The notes under the pieces were generated by a model. The model was not told where the DNA came from and did not search any database. It saw only the letters and a program-made list of their open reading frames with translations. Below, in pieces: positions 21,137 through 31,131 of a stretch of DNA of 64,000 nucleotides (positions within the stretch are counted from its first letter, which is position 1; every line of letters starts with the position of its first letter). Location of the stretch: NCBI GenBank assembly GCA_965204745.1, contig OZ242010.1:2304001-2368000 (forward strand), given 5' to 3'. This DNA is from Candidatus Latescibacterota bacterium. Lineage in GTDB: Bacteria; Latescibacterota; UBA2968. Made by a program: the position numbers and the translations under genes.

Positions 21137-21335
21137 CAACTGACAACTGACAACTGACAACTGACAACTGACAACTGACAACTGACAACTGACAACTGAC
21201 AACTGACAACTGACAACTGACAACTGACAACTGACAACTGACAACTGACAACTGACAACTGACAACTGACAACTGACAACTGACAACTGACAACTGACAA
21301 CTGACAACTGACAACTGACAACTGACAACTGACAA
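21137..21335 (+). repeat. Perfect (CAACTGA)x28 tandem repeat
   Basis: 196 bp = 28 exact copies plus CAA, running into the AAGGAAAGGA RBS. Confidence 0.98.
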
Positions 21336-21349
21336 GGAAAGGACACCCC

Positions 21350-22726
21350 ATGACCGCTCCCAACATCATCTTCATCCTCACCGACGACCAAGGGCCGTGG
21401 GCCGCTGGCTGTTATGGCAACTCGGAAATCCGCACGCCCAATATCGACCGCATTGCCGCCACCGGGATGCGATTTGACAATTTCTTTGTCACCATCCCCG
21501 TGTGTTCCCCGAGCCGCGCTTCTTTTTTGACGGGGCGCATCCCGTCTCAGCACGGGGTCCACGACTGGATTCGAGAGGGCAATACCGGGCCTGATGCGGC
21601 ATCGTATCTTCAGGATGAAATTTGCTATACCGATATTTTGGCCGCGCACGGCTATACGTGTGGCCTGTCCGGGAAGTGGCATTTGGGCAACAGCACCTTG
21701 GCACAGCACGGGTTCTCGCATTGGTTTGCCCACGAAAAGGGCGGGGGGCCGTACAACGGCGCCAAACTGGTTCGCAATGGCGAACTCGTCACCGTGCCGA
21801 GGTACGTCACCACTGCGATCACGGATGACGCCTTGGCATTCATCGACGCGCACGCCAAAGACGACAATCCCTTTTACCTCAGCGTTCACTACACCGCGCC
21901 GCACAGCCCATGGACCGGGCATCCCCAAGACATCGTGGATTCGTACGACGACTGCCCGTTTGAATCCTGCCCGCAAGAAGACCCGCACCCGTGGGCCGGT
22001 GGCTTGAGCAAGAATTTGGGCAACCGCGAAAGCCTCAAGGGTTATTTTGCCGCTGTCACGGCGATGGACGCCGACGTGGGGCGCGTCCTCGACAAAATCG
22101 AGGCCGAGGGGATTCGCGACAACACCCTCGTCGTCTTCACGTCTGACAATGGCTTTTCCTGTGGGCATCACGGGTTTTGGGGCAAGGGCAATGGCACGCG
22201 GCCCTTGAACATGTACGAAAACTCCATCAAAGTGCCTTTTTTGGCGAGCCATCCCGGGGTGATTCCCGAAGGCGTCGCGCAACCCGCTATGGCATCGGGA
22301 TACGATTTTATGCCCACCCTGCTCGACTACCTCGGCCTGCCCCTGCCCGAAGGCCGCCCCTATCCCGGTCAATCCTTTCTCGCCGCGCTCAAAGGCGAAG
22401 AAGATACCGCCCGCGACAATGTCGTCATCTACGACGAATACGGCACCACGCGCATGATTCGCACGGTCGATTGGAAATACGTCCACCGCTATCCCGACGG
22501 CCCCAACGAACTCTACGACCTGCGAAACGATCCGGACGAACGCGACAATCTCGTGGATCACCCCGCGCGGACCAACCGCGTCAAAGCGATGAAAGCGCAG
22601 ATGGAAACGTGGTTCGCAACGTACGTCGTTCCAGACAAAGACGGTCGCGATTACACGGTCAGCGGCGGCGGTCAACTCCGTCCCGTGGGCAGAAACTGGG
22701 AAGACGAGCGCGAGCCGTTTGCGTGA
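21350..22726 (+). CDS. Sulfatase (S1 family)
   Basis: TDDQG, CSPSRASFLTG, GKWH, SDNG...HHG. Confidence 0.93.
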   Translation: MTAPNIIFILTDDQGPWAAGCYGNSEIRTPNIDRIAATGMRFDNFFVTIPVCSPSRASFLTGRIPSQHGVHDWIREGNTGPDAASYLQDEICYTDILAAHGYTCGLSGKWHLGNSTLAQHGFSHWFAHEKGGGPYNGAKLVRNGELVTVPRYVTTAITDDALAFIDAHAKDDNPFYLSVHYTAPHSPWTGHPQDIVDSYDDCPFESCPQEDPHPWAGGLSKNLGNRESLKGYFAAVTAMDADVGRVLDKIEAEGIRDNTLVVFTSDNGFSCGHHGFWGKGNGTRPLNMYENSIKVPFLASHPGVIPEGVAQPAMASGYDFMPTLLDYLGLPLPEGRPYPGQSFLAALKGEEDTARDNVVIYDEYGTTRMIRTVDWKYVHRYPDGPNELYDLRNDPDERDNLVDHPARTNRVKAMKAQMETWFATYVVPDKDGRDYTVSGGGQLRPVGRNWEDEREPFA

Positions 22727-22731
22727 AGGGG

Positions 22732-22900
22732 CAGTTGTCAGTCGTCAGTTGTCAGTTGTCAGTCCACCCAACCGCCCAACCCCAAGCGGTCAGCCCCCGC
22801 ATCCATCAACCCGTAGGGACAGTCCCCCGTTCCCACACCGCCGGACGGATGCGCGAGGAACGCACACGGCGGGGTTGGGCGAGGCAGGGCACGCTACGGG
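22732..22900. repeat. Mosaic repeat cluster (CAGTTGT heptamers, GTAGGG REP-like unit, GGGCACGCAC module)
   Basis: 22860-22894 matches 24993-25027 at 33/35 positions. Confidence 0.8.
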
Positions 22901-23024
22901 AGTCAATTTTCTGGGAAGGGCGAGGATGGCGGCGTTTCACAGCATGACAGCACCTTGTGTGCTTACTCACAACATGAAAAACTACCGATGCTCTCGTCCG
23001 ATTTTTTTCATTTGGAGGCAAGAA

Positions 23025-23135
23025 ATGACCACATTTGAAGTTCAGGTCGATAACGAGTTGGAATTTGCCGAGGCATTCCAAAATTTTTACAACCTGATCG
23101 GAATCAAAAAAGAAATGGTGGAGGGGCGAGAATGA
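23025..23135 (+). CDS. Possible 36-aa small protein
   Basis: GGAGG RBS, MTTFEVQVDNELEFAEAFQNFYNLIGIKKEMVEGRE, ATGA overlap with the next ORF. Confidence 0.4.
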   Translation: MTTFEVQVDNELEFAEAFQNFYNLIGIKKEMVEGRE

Positions 23136-23446
23136 AGATCAAACACATCATCGCTGGCGTCCTCATCGCCATCGCCATCGTCATTTTGGCAACACTTGCT
23201 CGGGATAGGCTCGCAAACAAAAGAGTCGCAGAGGGGTTGGCACATGCCGAGTTCGTTTGGAACATGCAGACGGTGCGAAGTATTGCACGCACCGAGATGC
23301 GCGATGCTGAGGGGAAGGTGTACTATGGCATCCTCTTGCGCCACAATGTGAAATTCGCAGAACGTAAGGTGCTTCTGTACAACACGCGCAAAGAGCGCGA
23401 CGATGTCTTTGGACACATGGAAGCACAGATCTACGAAAAACGCTAA
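23132..23446 (+). CDS. Hypothetical protein with an N-terminal membrane anchor
   Basis: MKIKH plus a hydrophobic helix; 104 aa. Confidence 0.55.
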   Translation: MKIKHIIAGVLIAIAIVILATLARDRLANKRVAEGLAHAEFVWNMQTVRSIARTEMRDAEGKVYYGILLRHNVKFAERKVLLYNTRKERDDVFGHMEAQIYEKR

Positions 23447-23587
23447 GGTATCGACCTGTCCCAGGTTCTCAAACCCAGAGCATATCCTGCGATATGGCTT
23501 GATTTTCCCGATAAACTGCTCAATTCGGTTGCATGGTTCGTAAATGTCAACACAACCTAGTATCGGTTGGAGTACCTTGAGATAACC

Positions 23588-24910
23588 ATGAACACCAGCG
23601 ACCTCAAACCCTACCCCCACTACAAGCCCTCCGGCGTGGAATGGCTCGGCGACGTGCCCTCGCATTGGGAGGTGTTGCCAAACCGTGCGATTTTTGCCGA
23701 GGTGAACGAGCGAGGGCATCCACAAGCAGAGATGCTTTCGGTTACGATAGCAGAGGGCGTTATTCGCCAGCGGACATTGTTGGAAGACAGGTCAAAGAAA
23801 GATACTTCGCGGCTCGACAGGTCGGCCTACAAACTCGTTCAACCTGGGGACATCGCATACAACAAGATGCGAGCATGGCAGGGTGCAATCGGAATGTCTG
23901 AGTACCGCGGTATCGTCAGCCCTGCGTATATCGTGCAACGGCCACGGAATGGGGCAAACGCACGCTACTTGCACTATTTGTTGAGAACGCCGGCATTTGC
24001 AACAGAAGCCGAGCGATGGTCTTATGGCATCGCTTCGGATATGTGGAGTTTGCGACCAGAGCACTTCAAGATGATCTATGCGTGCGTTCCACCCCTCGCC
24101 GAGCAAGCCGCTATCGTCCGCTATCTCGATCACACCGACGGGCGCATCCGCCGCTACCTCCGCAGTAGGGAACGGCTCCTCGAGTTGCTCAAAGAGTATC
24201 GGCAGGCCGTCATCCACGAGGCGGTCACGCAAGGGCTTGACCCGGATGTGCCCCTCAAGCCCTCGGGCGTGGAATGGATCGGCGACATACCCGCGCATTG
24301 GGAGGTGCGGCGGTTGAAGCATTGGGTCGAAATAAATGAGGCGATGCTACCCGAAACAACTGATCCCGACTTTGAATTTCGTTATTTGGAAATCGGCGCA
24401 GTAGGCACAGGTGTACTCGTCGAGGAACCTGCCACCATTCGTTTCGCTCATGCGCCATCGAGGGCTAGGCGCATCGTCAAAAGCGGAGATACCATCATCT
24501 CCACAGTGAGGACGTACTTGAAAGCGGTTTGGTTTGCCGAAGAAGTGAACGACGCCTTGATCTGCTCGACGGGCTTTGCGGTTCTTACTCCGCGCCGTGC
24601 GACTGTGCCCAAATTCGTGAGTTACGTGGTCCAAGACAACGCATTTACCGACCGCGTAACAGCGGAATCGGTTGGCATTGCGTATCCGGCCATTGCTGAA
24701 AGTCGATTTCGTTCATTTCACGTCTGCGTTCCGCCCCTCGCCGAGCAAACCGCTATCGCCGCGTATTTGGACAAACAGACCGCCGCTATCGCCGCCGCTA
24801 TGGCGCGTGCCCAGCGGGAGATCGACTTGTTGAGCGAATACCGCCTGCGCCTGATCGCCGACGTGGTCACCGGGCAAGTGGATGTGCGGGATGAACGCCC
24901 TGCCCGTTGA
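23588..24910 (+). CDS. hsdS: Type I restriction-modification specificity subunit
   Basis: Two conserved KPSGVEW(L/I)GD(V/I)PxHWEV repeats and two PPLAEQ helices bracketing two TRDs. Confidence 0.92.
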   Translation: MNTSDLKPYPHYKPSGVEWLGDVPSHWEVLPNRAIFAEVNERGHPQAEMLSVTIAEGVIRQRTLLEDRSKKDTSRLDRSAYKLVQPGDIAYNKMRAWQGAIGMSEYRGIVSPAYIVQRPRNGANARYLHYLLRTPAFATEAERWSYGIASDMWSLRPEHFKMIYACVPPLAEQAAIVRYLDHTDGRIRRYLRSRERLLELLKEYRQAVIHEAVTQGLDPDVPLKPSGVEWIGDIPAHWEVRRLKHWVEINEAMLPETTDPDFEFRYLEIGAVGTGVLVEEPATIRFAHAPSRARRIVKSGDTIISTVRTYLKAVWFAEEVNDALICSTGFAVLTPRRATVPKFVSYVVQDNAFTDRVTAESVGIAYPAIAESRFRSFHVCVPPLAEQTAIAAYLDKQTAAIAAAMARAQREIDLLSEYRLRLIADVVTGQVDVRDERPAR

Positions 24911-25138
24911 TGGCATTGCCAACCGATGGGAGCCAACGCCGGTTTGGTTTGTGATTTGGGCTGAAAGCAGTACTGAAACAGCTATGCCCTGCACGCACAC
25001 GGCGGGGTTGGGTGAAGCAGGGCACGCACGGGCAGACGGGTGGATGAGCGGGGAACGCACACGGGGCGGCGGTAGTGAGATGGGCACGCACGGGCGGATG
25101 GCCGGACGGGCGGATAATCGGAACAGGAGACTTAAACC

Positions 25139-26713
25139 ATGCGCTTCTTCAACACTGCCGGCCCCACCAAGCCCGAAAAGCATTATTGCATCCCACCGCT
25201 GGAACGCTTGGACATAGACGATGTACTCGCCCTGATCCGAGATGAAAAGTACTTCGTTCTGCACGCGCCCCGGCAGACGGGCAAGACCTCGTCTCTGCTG
25301 GCTCTGCGCGACTTGCTCAACGCCGAGGGCCTCTACCGTTGCGTGTACGTCAATGTCGAAGGTGGGCAAGCCGCACGCGAAGATGTGGAACAGGTCATGC
25401 GTACCATTCTGGGCGAGTTGGCTCTCCGAGCACTCTCGGCGCTGGACGACGGGTTTCTCGACGCGAGTTGGCCCGACATCTTAACCAAGTACGGTCCTCA
25501 CGGTGCCTTGCGTGCAGCATTGACGCGCTGGGTAGCGTCGGATGCGAAACCTTTGGTATTGCTCATCGACGAAATCGACGCGCTGATCGGGGACTCGCTT
25601 CTGTCCGTGTTGCGGCAGTTGCGGGCCGGCTACGATTTGCGTCCCGAGGAGTTTCCGCAAAGCGTGGTACTGTGCGGGATGCGCGATGTGCGCGATTACC
25701 GCATCCATTCCAGTTCTGCAAACGCGACCATCACCGGGGGCAGTCCGTTTAACATCAAAGCACAATCGTTGCGCTTGGGCGATTTTGCACAGGACGAGGT
25801 ACAAGCCTTGCTTGACCAACACACCGAGGAAACGGGTCAGGTGTTCACGCCAGACGCGCAGGAGATGATCTGGACGCAAACCCAAGGGCAACCGTGGCTG
25901 GTCAATGCTTTGGCGGATCAAGCCTGCTTCCGAGATGGCGCCGTGGATCGGCGCGATCCGGTCACCGCCGCCGCCATCATCGAAGCGAAAGAGCACCTCA
26001 TCCTGCGCCGCGAAACGCATTTGGAGCAGTTGACCGACAAACTCAAAGAGGAGCGCGTGCAGCGCGTCGTGGAACCGCTGTTGAGCGGGGCTGAGACACG
26101 CCACTTCACGGATCGGGATTTGGAGTATGTGCGCGATCTCGGGCTCGTGGCTCAAGATCGCCCCTTGCGTATCGCCAATCCGATCTACGCCGAGGTCGTC
26201 CCGCGCGAATTGACATGGGTGATCCAAGAGGAGTTCGATCAGGACACCGCTTGGTACGTCCATGCCGATGGCAGTTTGGATGTGGTCAAATTGCTGGTCA
26301 CGTTCCAGACCTTCTTCCGCGAACACTCCGAGCATTGGGTCAAGCGATTCGCGTATCGAGAGGCCGGCCCGCAACTGTTGCTTCAAGCGTTTTTGCAACG
26401 GATCATGAACAGCGGCGGGCGCATCGAGCGCGAGTATGGCTTGGGTCGCATGCGAACCGATCTGCTCATCATCTGGCCGCAAGGCGAGCGGACGCGCAAG
26501 TTCGTGATCGAGTGCAAAATTCTCCACAAGGGCTTGGATCAGACCATCGCCGCGGGGTTGTCACAGACCGCCGAGTATATGGATCGTTGCGATGCAGAAG
26601 CGGGTCATCTGGTGATTTTTGACCGGCGCGAGGGCAGACGTTGGGAGGACAAGGTATTTCGGGATCGCCGAATGTCGGACAGCGGGGTAGAGATCGATAT
26701 CTGGGGCATGTGA
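25139..26713 (+). CDS. AAA-like ATPase with C-terminal PD-(D/E)XK nuclease domain, copy 1
   Basis: HAPRQTGKT Walker A, LLIDEID Walker B, REY...RTDLLI...VIECK nuclease motif. Confidence 0.88.
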   Translation: MRFFNTAGPTKPEKHYCIPPLERLDIDDVLALIRDEKYFVLHAPRQTGKTSSLLALRDLLNAEGLYRCVYVNVEGGQAAREDVEQVMRTILGELALRALSALDDGFLDASWPDILTKYGPHGALRAALTRWVASDAKPLVLLIDEIDALIGDSLLSVLRQLRAGYDLRPEEFPQSVVLCGMRDVRDYRIHSSSANATITGGSPFNIKAQSLRLGDFAQDEVQALLDQHTEETGQVFTPDAQEMIWTQTQGQPWLVNALADQACFRDGAVDRRDPVTAAAIIEAKEHLILRRETHLEQLTDKLKEERVQRVVEPLLSGAETRHFTDRDLEYVRDLGLVAQDRPLRIANPIYAEVVPRELTWVIQEEFDQDTAWYVHADGSLDVVKLLVTFQTFFREHSEHWVKRFAYREAGPQLLLQAFLQRIMNSGGRIEREYGLGRMRTDLLIIWPQGERTRKFVIECKILHKGLDQTIAAGLSQTAEYMDRCDAEAGHLVIFDRREGRRWEDKVFRDRRMSDSGVEIDIWGM

Positions 26714-26849
26714 GGCAAGCGGCGGTGGCGAGGCAGGGCACGCACGGGTGGCGGGCGGATGAGTGGGGCACGCACGGGTGGCCGGGCAGATGAGTGGGGC
26801 ACGGGCGGACGGGCGGATGGGCGGATAATTGGAACAGGAGACTTAAACC

Positions 26850-28424
26850 ATGCGCTTCTTCAACACTGCCGGCCCCACCAAGCCCGAAAAGCATTATTGC
26901 ATCCCACCGCTGGAACGCTTGGACATAGACGATGTACTCGCCCTGATCCGAGATGAAAAGTACTTCGTCCTGCACGCGCCCCGGCAGACGGGCAAGACCT
27001 CGGCTCTGCTGGCTCTGCGCGACTTGCTCAACGCCGAGGGCCTCTACCGTTGCGTGTACGTCAATGTCGAAGGTGGGCAAGCCATGCGCGAAGACGTGGA
27101 ACAAGTCATGCGTACCATTCTGGCAACATTGGCGTCTCGGGCGCGCTTGACCTTGGGCGACGAATTTTTGGGTAAAGTCTGGCCCGGCATTCTCGCTGAA
27201 GTCGGGCCGGGTGCCGCACTCCAAGAAACGTTGACGCGCTGGGCCGCGGCAGATGCGAAACCTTTGGTGCTACTCATCGACGAAATCGACGCGCTGATCG
27301 GAGACTCGCTCCTGTCCGTGTTGCGGCAGTTGCGGGCCGGCTACGATTTGCGTCCCGAGGAGTTTCCGCAAAGCGTGGTACTGTGCGGGATGCGCGATGT
27401 GCGCGATTATCGCATCCATTCCAGTTCTGCAAACGCGACCATCGCCGGGGGCAGTCCGTTTAACATCAAGGCGCGATCATTGCGCTTGGGCGACTTCTCG
27501 CAGGACGAGGTACAGACCCTGCTCGCACAACACACCGAGGAAACGGGTCAGGTGTTCACGCCAGACGCGCAGGAGATGATCTGGACGCAGACCCAAGGGC
27601 AACCGTGGCTGGTCAATGCCTTGGCGGATCAAGTCTGCTTCCGCGATGGCGCCGCCAATCGGCGCGATCCGGTCACTGCCGCCGCTATCATCGAGGCGAA
27701 AGAGCACCTCATCCTGCGCCGCGAGACGCATTTGGAACAGTTGACCGACAAGCTCAAAGAGGAGCGCGTGCAACGCGTCGTGGAACCGCTGTTGAGCGGG
27801 GCCGAGACACGCCACTTCACGGATCGAGATTTGGAGTATGTGCGCGATCTCGGTCTCGTGGCTCAGGATCGCCCCTTGCGTATCGCCAATCCGATCTACG
27901 CCGAGGTCGTCCCGCGCGAACTGACATGGGTGATCCAAGAGGAGTTCGATCAGGACACCGCTTGGTACGTCCATGCCGATGGCAGCTTGGATGTGGTCAA
28001 ATTGCTGACCGCGTTCCAGACCTTCTTCCGCGAACACGCCGAGCATTGGGTCGAGCGATTCGCGTATCGAGAGGCCGGCCCGCAACTGTTGCTTCAAGCG
28101 TTTTTGCAACGGATCATGAACAGCGGCGGGCGCATCGAGCGCGAGTATGGCTTGGGTCGCATGCGAACCGATCTGCTCATCATCTGGCCGCAGGGCGAGC
28201 GGACGCGCAAGTTCGTGATCGAGTGCAAAATCCTCCACAAGGGCTTGGATCAGACCATCGCCGCGGGGTTGTCACAGACCGCCGAGTATATGGATCGTTG
28301 CGATGCAGAAGCGGGTCATCTGGTAGTTTTCGACCGGCGCGATGGCAGGCGTTGGGAGGACAAGGTATTTCGAGATCGCCGGGCATCGGACAGCGGGGTA
28401 GAGATCGACATCTGGGGCATGTGA
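26850..28424 (+). CDS. AAA-like ATPase with PD-(D/E)XK domain, copy 2
   Basis: Near-identical to copy 1; offset 1711 bp. Confidence 0.88.
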   Translation: MRFFNTAGPTKPEKHYCIPPLERLDIDDVLALIRDEKYFVLHAPRQTGKTSALLALRDLLNAEGLYRCVYVNVEGGQAMREDVEQVMRTILATLASRARLTLGDEFLGKVWPGILAEVGPGAALQETLTRWAAADAKPLVLLIDEIDALIGDSLLSVLRQLRAGYDLRPEEFPQSVVLCGMRDVRDYRIHSSSANATIAGGSPFNIKARSLRLGDFSQDEVQTLLAQHTEETGQVFTPDAQEMIWTQTQGQPWLVNALADQVCFRDGAANRRDPVTAAAIIEAKEHLILRRETHLEQLTDKLKEERVQRVVEPLLSGAETRHFTDRDLEYVRDLGLVAQDRPLRIANPIYAEVVPRELTWVIQEEFDQDTAWYVHADGSLDVVKLLTAFQTFFREHAEHWVERFAYREAGPQLLLQAFLQRIMNSGGRIEREYGLGRMRTDLLIIWPQGERTRKFVIECKILHKGLDQTIAAGLSQTAEYMDRCDAEAGHLVVFDRRDGRRWEDKVFRDRRASDSGVEIDIWGM

Positions 28425-28554
28425 GGCAAGCGGCGGCGGGGCAGGGCACGCACATGGCGGGGTTGGGTGAAGCAGGGGACGCACACGGGGCGGTGGTGGT
28501 GAGATGGGCACGCACGGGCAGACGGGCGGATAATCGGAACAGGAGACTTAAACC

Positions 28555-30126
28555 ATGCGCTTCTTCAACACAAGTGGGCCTGTCGTGGCCGCGGATCACT
28601 ACTGTATCCCACCCTTGGAACGGGTTGACCTCGCCGAGATTCGCAGACTCATCCGCGACAAACGCTACTTCGTCCTGCACGCGCCCCGGCAGACGGGCAA
28701 GACCTCGGCTCTGCTGGCTCTGCGCGACTTGCTCAACGCCGAGGGCCTCTACCGTTGCGTGTACGTCAATGTCGAAGGTGGGCAAGCCGCACGCGAAGAC
28801 GTGGAACAGGTCATGCGTACCATTTTGGCAGGTTTGGCGTCTCGGGCACGTTCAATCGGCGACGAATTTCTGGACGGGGTTTGGCTCGACATCTTGACCA
28901 AGTACGGGCCTCATGCTGCACTACAGGAGGCATTGACGCGCTGGGCAGCGTCAGATGCGAAACCTTTGGTGCTACTCATCGACGAAATCGACGCGCTGAT
29001 CGGGGACTCGCTTCTGTCCGTGTTGCGGCAGTTGCGATCTGGCTACGATTTGCGTCCCGAGGAGTTTCCGCAAAGCGTGGTACTGTGCGGGATGCGCGAT
29101 GTGCGCGATTACCGCATCCATTCCAGTTCTGCAAATGCCACCATCGCCGGGGGCAGTCCGTTTAACATCAAGGCGCGATCATTGCGCTTGGGCGACTTCT
29201 CGCAGGACGAGGTACAAGCCTTGCTCGACCAACACACCGAGGAAACGGGTCAGGTGTTCACGCCAGACGCGCAGAAGATGATCTGGACGCAAACCCAAGG
29301 GCAACCGTGGCTGGTCAATGCCTTGGCGGATCAAGCCTGCTTCCGCGATGGCGCCGCCAATCGGCGCGATCCGGTCACTGCCGCCGCCATCATCGAGGCG
29401 AAAGAGCACCTCATCCTGCGCCGCGAAACGCATTTGGAACAGTTGACCGACAAGCTCAAAGAGGAGCGCGTGCAGCGCGTCGTTGAACCGCTGTTGAGCG
29501 GGGCCGAGACACGCCACTTCACGGATCGGGATTTGGAGTATGTGCGCGATCTCGGGCTCGTGGCTCAGGATCGCCCCTTGCGTATCGCCAATCCGATCTA
29601 CGCCGAGGTCGTCCCGCGCGAACTGACATGGGTGATCCAAGAGGAGTTCGATCAGGACACCGCTTGGTACGTCCATGCCGATGGCAGCTTGGACGTGGTC
29701 AAATTGTTGACCGCGTTCCAGACCTTCTTCCGCGAACACGCCGAGCATTGGGTCGAGCGATTCGCATATCGAGAGGCCGGCCCGCAACTGTTGCTTCAAG
29801 CGTTTTTGCAACGGATCATGAACAGCGGCGGGCGCATCGAGCGCGAGTATGGCTTGGGTCGCATGCGAACCGATCTGCTCATCATCTGGCCGCAGGACGA
29901 GCGGACGCGCAAGTTCGTGATCGAGTGCAAAATCCTCCACAAGGGCTTGGATCAGACCATCGCCGCGGGGTTGTCACAGACCGCCGAGTATATGGATCGT
30001 TGCGATGCAGAAGCGGGTCATCTGGTGATTTTCGACCAGCGCGAGGGCAGACGTTGGGAGGACAAGGTATTTCGAGATCGCCGGGCATCGGACAGCGGGG
30101 TAGAGATCGACATCTGGGGGATGTAA
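28555..30126 (+). CDS. AAA-like ATPase with PD-(D/E)XK domain, copy 3
   Basis: Near-identical to copies 1 and 2 but with a different N-terminal segment; offset 1705 bp. Confidence 0.88.
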   Translation: MRFFNTSGPVVAADHYCIPPLERVDLAEIRRLIRDKRYFVLHAPRQTGKTSALLALRDLLNAEGLYRCVYVNVEGGQAAREDVEQVMRTILAGLASRARSIGDEFLDGVWLDILTKYGPHAALQEALTRWAASDAKPLVLLIDEIDALIGDSLLSVLRQLRSGYDLRPEEFPQSVVLCGMRDVRDYRIHSSSANATIAGGSPFNIKARSLRLGDFSQDEVQALLDQHTEETGQVFTPDAQKMIWTQTQGQPWLVNALADQACFRDGAANRRDPVTAAAIIEAKEHLILRRETHLEQLTDKLKEERVQRVVEPLLSGAETRHFTDRDLEYVRDLGLVAQDRPLRIANPIYAEVVPRELTWVIQEEFDQDTAWYVHADGSLDVVKLLTAFQTFFREHAEHWVERFAYREAGPQLLLQAFLQRIMNSGGRIEREYGLGRMRTDLLIIWPQDERTRKFVIECKILHKGLDQTIAAGLSQTAEYMDRCDAEAGHLVIFDQREGRRWEDKVFRDRRASDSGVEIDIWGM

Positions 30127-30192
30127 GTAAAGTCGGTGGTGGAGAGGCAGGGCACACATCAAAGGGCTTCGCGCAATGACGAGGAGGATATC

Positions 30193-31131
30193 ATGCCCAT
30201 GAAATCCGTTTATACGATAGCTGATTACAAAGAAAAAAGTCCCGTCGCCGTGGAGAAAAATGACGCCATCAAATCCGTGTATATGATGACCGATTTGGAA
30301 GGCGTGGCCGGGGTCGACGATTGGGACCCGAGGCACCGCGAGGATGCGACAACCGCAAAAGGCGTGTACGACCGCGCCGAAATGCAACGGTTGTTGACCG
30401 GCGAAGTGAACGCGGCGATCAGAGGGTTGTATCTCGCAGGCGTAGAAGAAGTGATCGTCAATGACGCCCATGGCGCGGGGCGCACGATTTTGTCAGAAGA
30501 TTTGGTTTCGATTGCGGGCGCGCATCCGTTTTCCGTGAAGTTGGTGCAAGGGGTCAATCGGCCGTGCTGGTTGCCGGGCTTGTCGCCGCGATGTGACGCG
30601 CTGCTCCAAGTGGGCATGCACGCCATGACCGGCACGCCCAATGGCTGCCTCGCGCATTCGATGAGCCGCGACGCGGTCTATCGCGTAAATGGCTCGGAAG
30701 TGGGCGAAATGGAAATGGCCGCGTACTTGTGTGGCCAACTCGGCGTTCCTTGGATCTTTACGTCGGGCGATCTGCACGCCTGCACCGAGTCCGAGCACTG
30801 GGTCGATGGCATCGTCACGGCGCCCGTGAAAGAGGGCTTGGGCGAATTGTGCGCCATCCACCTCTCGCCCATAGATGCGCGTACGCTCATTCACGACCGC
30901 GTCATCGACGCCATCGCAGCAACCCAAAATATCGCACCGCTCGTCGCCCAAGGCGATGTGGTGATGGAAGTCACACATCCCACCCCCGGTCGCCTCGCCG
31001 CACGCGAAGGCGTCGAGCGCGTGGATGACCACACCATCCGATGCACGGGCACCTCCTTCTGGGAGGTGTTCCACCGCGTCGTTTATGGCAAAGCTGATTT
31101 TCCAATACCCCAACAGGAGATTTCACCATGA
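30193..31131 (+). CDS. M55 family metallopeptidase (DppA-like D-aminopeptidase)
   Basis: TDLEGVAGV, VNDAHG, GMHA, LAHS, SGD; GAGGAGG RBS. Confidence 0.88.
   Translation: MPMKSVYTIADYKEKSPVAVEKNDAIKSVYMMTDLEGVAGVDDWDPRHREDATTAKGVYDRAEMQRLLTGEVNAAIRGLYLAGVEEVIVNDAHGAGRTILSEDLVSIAGAHPFSVKLVQGVNRPCWLPGLSPRCDALLQVGMHAMTGTPNGCLAHSMSRDAVYRVNGSEVGEMEMAAYLCGQLGVPWIFTSGDLHACTESEHWVDGIVTAPVKEGLGELCAIHLSPIDARTLIHDRVIDAIAATQNIAPLVAQGDVVMEVTHPTPGRLAAREGVERVDDHTIRCTGTSFWEVFHRVVYGKADFPIPQQEISP

Noticed and set aside
21086-21381. ORFs encoding (LSVVSCQ)n
   Set aside because: They are translations of the heptamer tract on the strand that lacks stops; no RBS or domain support.
24990-28530. GGGCACGCAC units with variable spacers as a CRISPR array
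   Set aside because: Repeats are about 10 bp, spacers are related to each other and G-rich, and there are no cas genes.
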